DNA of 64,000 nt, from assembly GCA_002839315.1 (NCBI GenBank), contig PGXV01000004.1, forward strand, positions 98,787 to 162,786. Direction: 5' to 3'. The translations under genes were made by a program, and so were the position numbers. The stretch comes from Spirochaetae bacterium HGW-Spirochaetae-3 (GTDB taxonomy: Bacteria; Spirochaetota; Spirochaetia; Treponematales; UBA12059). Every line of letters starts with the position of its first letter. Position 1 is the first letter of the stretch. This document shows, one piece after another, positions 56,267-64,000 of the stretch. The notes under the pieces are model-generated. The model made no database searches. It saw nothing but the letters and a program-made list of their open reading frames with translations, and was not told the DNA's origin.

Positions 56267-58326
56267 AAAACGCTCCGGCGAGCAGGCTACCGTCGATTTC
56301 CCGCCTCTCCGACTTTCCGAGGATGGAAGCGGTATACGTCGGGACGGTCCGCTCGCCGGTATCACGCGGCACAGTCGTGTCGATGAGCCTACCGCACTTG
56401 CCCCGCGAATATAGAAGCATCACGGCAGACGACATCCCCGGCGCCCGGTTCCTGGACGTCAACGGCGCGTCCGTGCCGGTACTCGCGTCGGGAAGCGTAG
56501 CGTATAAGGGAGAGCCCCTCGCTCTGATCGTCGGTCCCGACAAGCGCAAGGTCGCCGCGGCCATCGAGATGACCAGGGTGAGGGTCGACGAGGCGGCGGC
56601 CGAATACTCCTTCGAAACCTGCGACTCGTCGCGAGTCGCCGCCGGAGAGCGATTCGAATCAGGCGACGTCGAGTCCGCGTTCAAGGCGGCCGCGCGCGTA
56701 GTGGAGGGCGACTACCGCGTCGGTCCGCAGGATCATTACTATTCCGAGCCCCAGGGCTCGGCGGCAGCCTACGATTACGACAAGCTCGTCGTTTTCTCGT
56801 CGACGCAGTGGCCGTTCCACGTCAGGGACGCGGTAGCCGCGACGCTTGGCGTCAAGAAGGACGAGGTCATCGTCCGCCCGACGCTCCTCGGTACTCATCT
56901 CGACGGCAAGCTATGGTACCCTTCCCTGCTCGCATGCCACGCTTCGCTCGCGGCGGTCATCTGCGGCCGGCCGGCGATGATCCTCCTCTCCCGGAAGGAG
57001 GATTTCCTGTATACGACCAAACGCGCGCCGATACTCGCATCGTACCGGGCCGGCATGGACGAATCGGGGCGGCTCGTCGCGCTCGACGCGAGGATCATGG
57101 TCAACTTCGGAGCGTACGCCCCCTTCGCGGATCGTATTATCGGCCGGTCGATGCGCTCGGCGGCCGGAGGCTACGCCTGTCCGAATGTCAGGATCACCGC
57201 GAAGGCCGTCATAACGGACCTGCCGCCGATGGGAGCGTTCGTGGGCCTCGGCACCGGACCCGTGACGTTCGCCGTCGAGCGCCTCGCGGAAGACTGCGCG
57301 TCGGCCGCCGAACAGGACCCTTCCGAATGGAGATCCGCCAACGCCGCCGGCAGGAATGATTCGACGCTCGGCTCTCCGCTCAAGAAGGCGGCGCCCTACG
57401 ACGCCCTCGCCGAGCGCCTGCTGGCGATGAGCGACTATCCGCGCAAGCGATCGTCGTTCGAGCTGATACGCAAACGGCGAGCCGATCCTTCGGCGGTCCC
57501 CGGATACGGCATCGGCCTGGCGTTTGGCCCCCAACTATCGGCCAACGTATTCGGCCGCGACGGTTCCGAGTCGCCCTCCGTCGAGGTTACACTAACGAAG
57601 GATTCCTCGTTGATCATCCAGACCAGCCTCATTCCGGGATCGCGATCGACGGCCGCTATCTGGAAGGAACTAGCCGCCGCTCCGCTCGGCCTGCATCCCG
57701 ACTCGGTAACCATCATGTCCTCGGGAACGGATACCGTTCCCGATTCTGGCCCGGACGCGCTATCCAGGAATATCACCGTCGTGACCAAGCTGATAGAATC
57801 GGCGGCGACCGGCCTCGCGTCGAAGCGTTTCAGGGAGGCGCTGCCCATAACCGTAAAAAAGACGTCGCGGGCGCGAAGGTCGAAGGCGGCGCCCGTGTCC
57901 CCGCTCGATGACTCGTCCTGGGGCGGCGCGGTAGTAGAGATGGAACTGGACGCGGTAGACGGCCGCCCGATGGTCCGCGGCGTCTGGCTGGCGATAAAGG
58001 CCGGCAGGATCCTGTCCAGGAAGGCCGCCGCAACGTCCGTCGAGCATGACGCGGCGCTCGCCCTGGGGCTCTGCCTCGGCGAGCGGCTCGACCTGTCCTC
58101 GGGCCCGGCGGGAGAGGACGCATTGCACCAGTATCGCCTTCCCCGAATCAAGGATATTCCAAACATCTCGGTCGAATTCATAGAAGACGATTCCGAGCCG
58201 CGAGGCCTCAGCGAGCTCGCCTGCGCGCTGGTACCGCCGGCTTTCGCCAACGCGCTTAGCCAGGCCCTCGACGCTCCATGGAATACCATGCCGCGGGTCG
58301 ACGAAGAGTCGGGAGACGGCGGATGA
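56263..58326 (+). CDS. Xanthine dehydrogenase/aldehyde oxidase family large subunit homolog with divergent Moco motifs
   Basis: 687 aa. a/b-hammerhead (ADDIPGARF..VAYKGEPLALIVG) plus the Ald_Xan_dh_C2 pattern (FSSTQWPF..., SRKEDFLYTTKRAP, PPAFANAL). ATGA overlap with the degT-like stop. Confidence 0.75.
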   Translation: MKNAPASRLPSISRLSDFPRMEAVYVGTVRSPVSRGTVVSMSLPHLPREYRSITADDIPGARFLDVNGASVPVLASGSVAYKGEPLALIVGPDKRKVAAAIEMTRVRVDEAAAEYSFETCDSSRVAAGERFESGDVESAFKAAARVVEGDYRVGPQDHYYSEPQGSAAAYDYDKLVVFSSTQWPFHVRDAVAATLGVKKDEVIVRPTLLGTHLDGKLWYPSLLACHASLAAVICGRPAMILLSRKEDFLYTTKRAPILASYRAGMDESGRLVALDARIMVNFGAYAPFADRIIGRSMRSAAGGYACPNVRITAKAVITDLPPMGAFVGLGTGPVTFAVERLAEDCASAAEQDPSEWRSANAAGRNDSTLGSPLKKAAPYDALAERLLAMSDYPRKRSSFELIRKRRADPSAVPGYGIGLAFGPQLSANVFGRDGSESPSVEVTLTKDSSLIIQTSLIPGSRSTAAIWKELAAAPLGLHPDSVTIMSSGTDTVPDSGPDALSRNITVVTKLIESAATGLASKRFREALPITVKKTSRARRSKAAPVSPLDDSSWGGAVVEMELDAVDGRPMVRGVWLAIKAGRILSRKAAATSVEHDAALALGLCLGERLDLSSGPAGEDALHQYRLPRIKDIPNISVEFIEDDSEPRGLSELACALVPPAFANALSQALDAPWNTMPRVDEESGDGG

Positions 58327-58808
58327 TCGTCGAATTCATCCTGAACGGCGAGGATGTCAGCCTCAAGGCGGATCCGCTCGAGCGACTATCCGACCTGCTG
58401 CGGGATCGGTTCGGACTCTCAAGCCTCATGAGCGATTGCCTGGAAGGCATCTGCGGGAAGTGCGTCGTCTTCCTGAACGGCAGGCTCGTCAACTCGTGCC
58501 TCGTTCCCGCCTTCAAGGTCAGGGGATCCGAGGTAATCACGTACGAAGGATTCAAGAGCACCGACGCGCACGAAGCCGTGGCCCGAGCGTTCGAGGAAGC
58601 CGGGGTCGAACTCTGCGGATTCTGCGACGCGGCCATGTTCCTGGCGACGGCTTCTCTCCTGGAATCCAACGAGAGACCGACGGACGAAGATATAAAGGAG
58701 ACCATGTCATCGATCTATTGCCGGTGCACGACGCCCTCGATCACGCTCAAGGCGGTACGAGGCGTCATAGAGTCCAAGATGGGCGGGAAGTACGACCGTG
58801 CGCGTTGA
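58323..58808 (+). CDS. [2Fe-2S]-binding small subunit of XDH/CODH family
   Basis: 161 aa from MIVEFILNG. Both cluster motifs are intact: C-x4-C-x2-C-x11-C (CLEGICGKC...C) and CGFC...CRC. ATGA overlap upstream. Confidence 0.85.
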   Translation: MIVEFILNGEDVSLKADPLERLSDLLRDRFGLSSLMSDCLEGICGKCVVFLNGRLVNSCLVPAFKVRGSEVITYEGFKSTDAHEAVARAFEEAGVELCGFCDAAMFLATASLLESNERPTDEDIKETMSSIYCRCTTPSITLKAVRGVIESKMGGKYDRAR

Positions 58809-59640
58809 CGACGTAGCGGCCCCTCAGACGCTCGCGGAGGCCATCTCGATCCTGAAGCGAAGACCTGAAGTGATCCCCTGGGCTGGCGGCACGCTCCTGA
58901 TGACCATCGGCGACGAGGCGGGAGGAGGCAAGCCCGTCTCGGTGCTCGACCTGGGCCGGATACCGGAACTCTCGGTCGTCAGCAGGTCGGATCGGTACCT
59001 GGAGATCGGCGCCTGCGTATCGCTGTCGACGATACTCGCGCTACCGCCCAGCCTGTCGCTACAGCCCCTCAGGTCAGCGGCAGGGTTCATAGGCACGGCG
59101 ACCGTTCGCAACCTCGCTACGATAGGCGGCAACATAGCGTCACGCAATTCATTCATGAGCTGCTTCTCCGCGCTCGTGTGCATGGACGCGGCCGTGGAGC
59201 TTAGGGACGCGTCGGGTTCCCGGTGGTCGGGTATGCACGCACTGATGAACGAGGATAACCGTCCGCGATTCCCATCGGCTTCGTTGCTTACGCGCATACG
59301 CATTCCCACGGCCCCGTGGGACGCCACCGTCCTGTACCGGCTCGGCGAGGCGACGAGCCAGGAACCGTACGCGGCGTCGTTCGCCGCCGCGGCGCGTTTC
59401 GAGAAAGAGATGATATCCGAACTCAGGATTGTCGCCGCCGGCAGGCGCATCGTCAGGGACCGCGCCCTCGAGCTGTCACTCGTCGGGAAGCGTCTGCCGA
59501 TCTCCCAGAAGGACGCCGAGGCAGCGAGGGCGGTAGCCAAGGCGAGGGCTATGGAAGCCGGTTTCGGCGATGGTACTGCCGGGCTCTATGGAGAGTACCT
59601 GGCCGCTTTCCTGTCCGGCGTTCAGGAGGAAGGTCTATGA
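58798..59640 (+). CDS. FAD-binding medium subunit of XDH/CODH family (FAD_binding_5)
   Basis: 280 aa with a GTG start. WAGGTLLM and VRNLATIGGNIAS motifs. Confidence 0.8.
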   Translation: MRVDDVAAPQTLAEAISILKRRPEVIPWAGGTLLMTIGDEAGGGKPVSVLDLGRIPELSVVSRSDRYLEIGACVSLSTILALPPSLSLQPLRSAAGFIGTATVRNLATIGGNIASRNSFMSCFSALVCMDAAVELRDASGSRWSGMHALMNEDNRPRFPSASLLTRIRIPTAPWDATVLYRLGEATSQEPYAASFAAAARFEKEMISELRIVAAGRRIVRDRALELSLVGKRLPISQKDAEAARAVAKARAMEAGFGDGTAGLYGEYLAAFLSGVQEEGL

Positions 59641-60467
59641 GCGGCGTCCTGTACCTCGTGCCCGTACCGATAGGCGACGGCTCGCCCTTGGACGAATTGG
59701 CTCCCAGGGTAATCCGGACCGTATCCGGTATCAGGGATTTCGTCGTAGAGAACGAGAGGAGCGCCAGGCGCTTCCTGTCTAGGGTAATGCCCCAGGAAGC
59801 GCTCGACGCCTCCCGGCTCCGCATCCTCGACGAGCATACCCGGCCGGAGGACCTCGACGGATTGCTCGAGCCGCTCGTTGAGGGCAGGGACGCGGCGGTC
59901 ATATCCGAGGCGGGAAGCCCCTGCGTAGCGGACCCGGGCGCGGCTCTGGTCGCGGCCGCGTCCCGGGCGGGGATAGTATCGATACCCTTGCCCGGGCCCA
60001 GCGCCGTCCTGATGGCCATCATGGCCTCGGGCCTCGGAGGCCAACGATTCTCGTTCAGGGGCTACCTGCCGCCCGATCCCGCGGGTAGGGAGGCAGCGCT
60101 CAGGGAGCTAGAATCCCTGTCCGCGAGGGACGGCTCTACGCAGGTGTTCATCGAGACGCCGTACCGGAACGACGCGATGGCCGCGACCGCCGCAAAGGCA
60201 CTCGCCGGCGCCACCATTCTCTGCACGGCGACGGGGCTTTCCACGCCTGGCGAGAGGGTGATCCGGATGGAAGCGGCGGCATGGAAGAAGAATCTCCCGA
60301 CGATCGGCAAGACGCCGACCGTGTTCCTGCTATCAGCCGCGGGATCGGCGGGAACGACCTCGCAACCGACGCGATCCGCGCCGCGAGGCCAGTCGCGAGG
60401 GACCGCGCCCGTCAAGGGACGCGGGCGAAACGCCCCGAAGCATACCGCGAGACGGCATGACGCTTGA
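59637..60467 (+). CDS. Tetrapyrrole-methylase-fold SAM-dependent methyltransferase (RsmI-like)
   Basis: 276 aa from MSGVLYLVPVPIGDGS.., with ISEAGSPCVADPG, GPSAVLMAIMASGL and VFIETPYR motifs. Arg/Lys-rich C-terminal tail. ATGA overlap with the FAD-subunit stop. Confidence 0.7.
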   Translation: MSGVLYLVPVPIGDGSPLDELAPRVIRTVSGIRDFVVENERSARRFLSRVMPQEALDASRLRILDEHTRPEDLDGLLEPLVEGRDAAVISEAGSPCVADPGAALVAAASRAGIVSIPLPGPSAVLMAIMASGLGGQRFSFRGYLPPDPAGREAALRELESLSARDGSTQVFIETPYRNDAMAATAAKALAGATILCTATGLSTPGERVIRMEAAAWKKNLPTIGKTPTVFLLSAAGSAGTTSQPTRSAPRGQSRGTAPVKGRGRNAPKHTARRHDA

Positions 60468-60500
60468 CGATTCTCCATTGCCGGTTACACTGGTACGAGT

Positions 60501-61366
60501 ATGCAGACCCAAATAGATCTACACGCACAATATGAAAACGTAATCGCATCGATCAACCCGTTCGCTCAGGCGAGGATGGGGCTCAAGCCGGGGCAAACGG
60601 TCGTAAAGCTGGATACCTACAGCATCATATGCGTTCCGTACCGCCTGACGATGAACGGGGCGGTACTGATCGCGTCGTTCTCCAGCGAAGAGCTGTCGTT
60701 CTTCCAGCGCTACGTCAACGGACTCGCCGGGCTGACCCTTATTTTCCAGCCGGGCGGAACCCAGAACCCGCTCAAGATATTCGCCAGGTGCGTCCTCCGC
60801 TCGGTAAGCCCGATGAAGGGACGCGAATCCATAGGGCTCATCGACGTAGCGTTCAAGCCCTGCCCGCCCGACCTCGAGACCATACTGATCGATTACTTCA
60901 TGCTTATGGATAGGCTTAAGGTGGAGTACGACGACTTCAAGGGCAAGCCCATATCGATCAACCCCGACAGCGCCAAGGCCATGGGCTACAATAATTATTC
61001 GATGCTCGCCTCCGAGGGCGCCCAAGCGAAGGTCGCCCTGTTCGCGCTCGCCAGCGACTCCCTCGACTTCCTCGTGCCGATGAACGGGCCGACCCTCGTA
61101 CAGGGCAAGCCTATGCAGATGAAACTGTTCTTCCAGAGCTACCAGTTCACCGTGCCGGGGTCGATAGCGAGCGTAACCACGTTGCAGAACGGGGTGCAGA
61201 AGGCGCGGGCCTCGATACAGTTCTCGTCGGAGCTCGTGTCCATCATCGAGCAGTACCGGTTCGCGGAGCGGTTCAGCGCCAAGGCCGCCCAAGCCGCCCC
61301 GACCTCCCAGTCGTCGGCGCCTCCCGGTTCCATGAAGAGGCCGGCTCCCGGTCCGATCCGAGGCGC

Positions 61367-61370
<4 letters not shown>
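60501..61370 (+). CDS. Hypothetical protein (beta-rich, two similar halves; low-complexity tail)
   Basis: 289 aa with coding-like composition. No catalytic or binding motif recognised. Converges on and overlaps the mfd stop by 4 nt. Confidence 0.55.

Positions 61371-64000
<2,630 letters not shown>

Overview
Dense, about 62-64% GC chromosomal core region with roughly 58 protein-coding genes. I found no rRNA, tRNA, CRISPR array, IS element or prophage. Gene content and synteny point to a high-GC member of Spirochaetota (inference from synteny, not a database hit). The supporting blocks are tamB-bamA next to tmk, spoVG-ctc, tilS-ftsH, rplU-prp-rpmA-obg-nadD-yqeK-LCP-rsfS, cheR-cheB-cheY and a LoaP-type NusG paralog. 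Many long ORFs in the track are antisense or alternative-frame artefacts of the high GC content and were rejected. Most of the window is housekeeping: secA, clpC, ftsH, argS, ligA, mfd, xseAB, nnr, ispE and ribosomal proteins. Candidates for something new, in order of interest: (1) A seven-gene, translationally coupled operon at 53073-60467. It is led by a NusG paralog and joins a CapD-type dehydratase and a DegT aminotransferase to a three-subunit xanthine-dehydrogenase-like module, then a TP-methylase. The Fe-S and FAD subunits of that module look intact, but the molybdopterin signatures of the large subunit look eroded. (2) An mcsA-mcsB-clpC module without ctsR, in which the phosphagen-kinase catalytic motifs of the McsB homolog appear substituted. 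(3) A Prp-like cysteine protease kept between rplU and rpmA although L27 has no cleavable N-terminal extension and a shortened N-terminal tail. (4) A small, extremely acidic EEDDFDD-repeat protein with its own promoter and terminator in an AT-rich island. (5) A 130-nt nested polypurine/polypyrimidine hairpin element downstream of secA. All motif comparisons are by-eye alignments against remembered family signatures and need formal HMM or structure checks. Start sites I refined by hand may be off by 1-2 nt.
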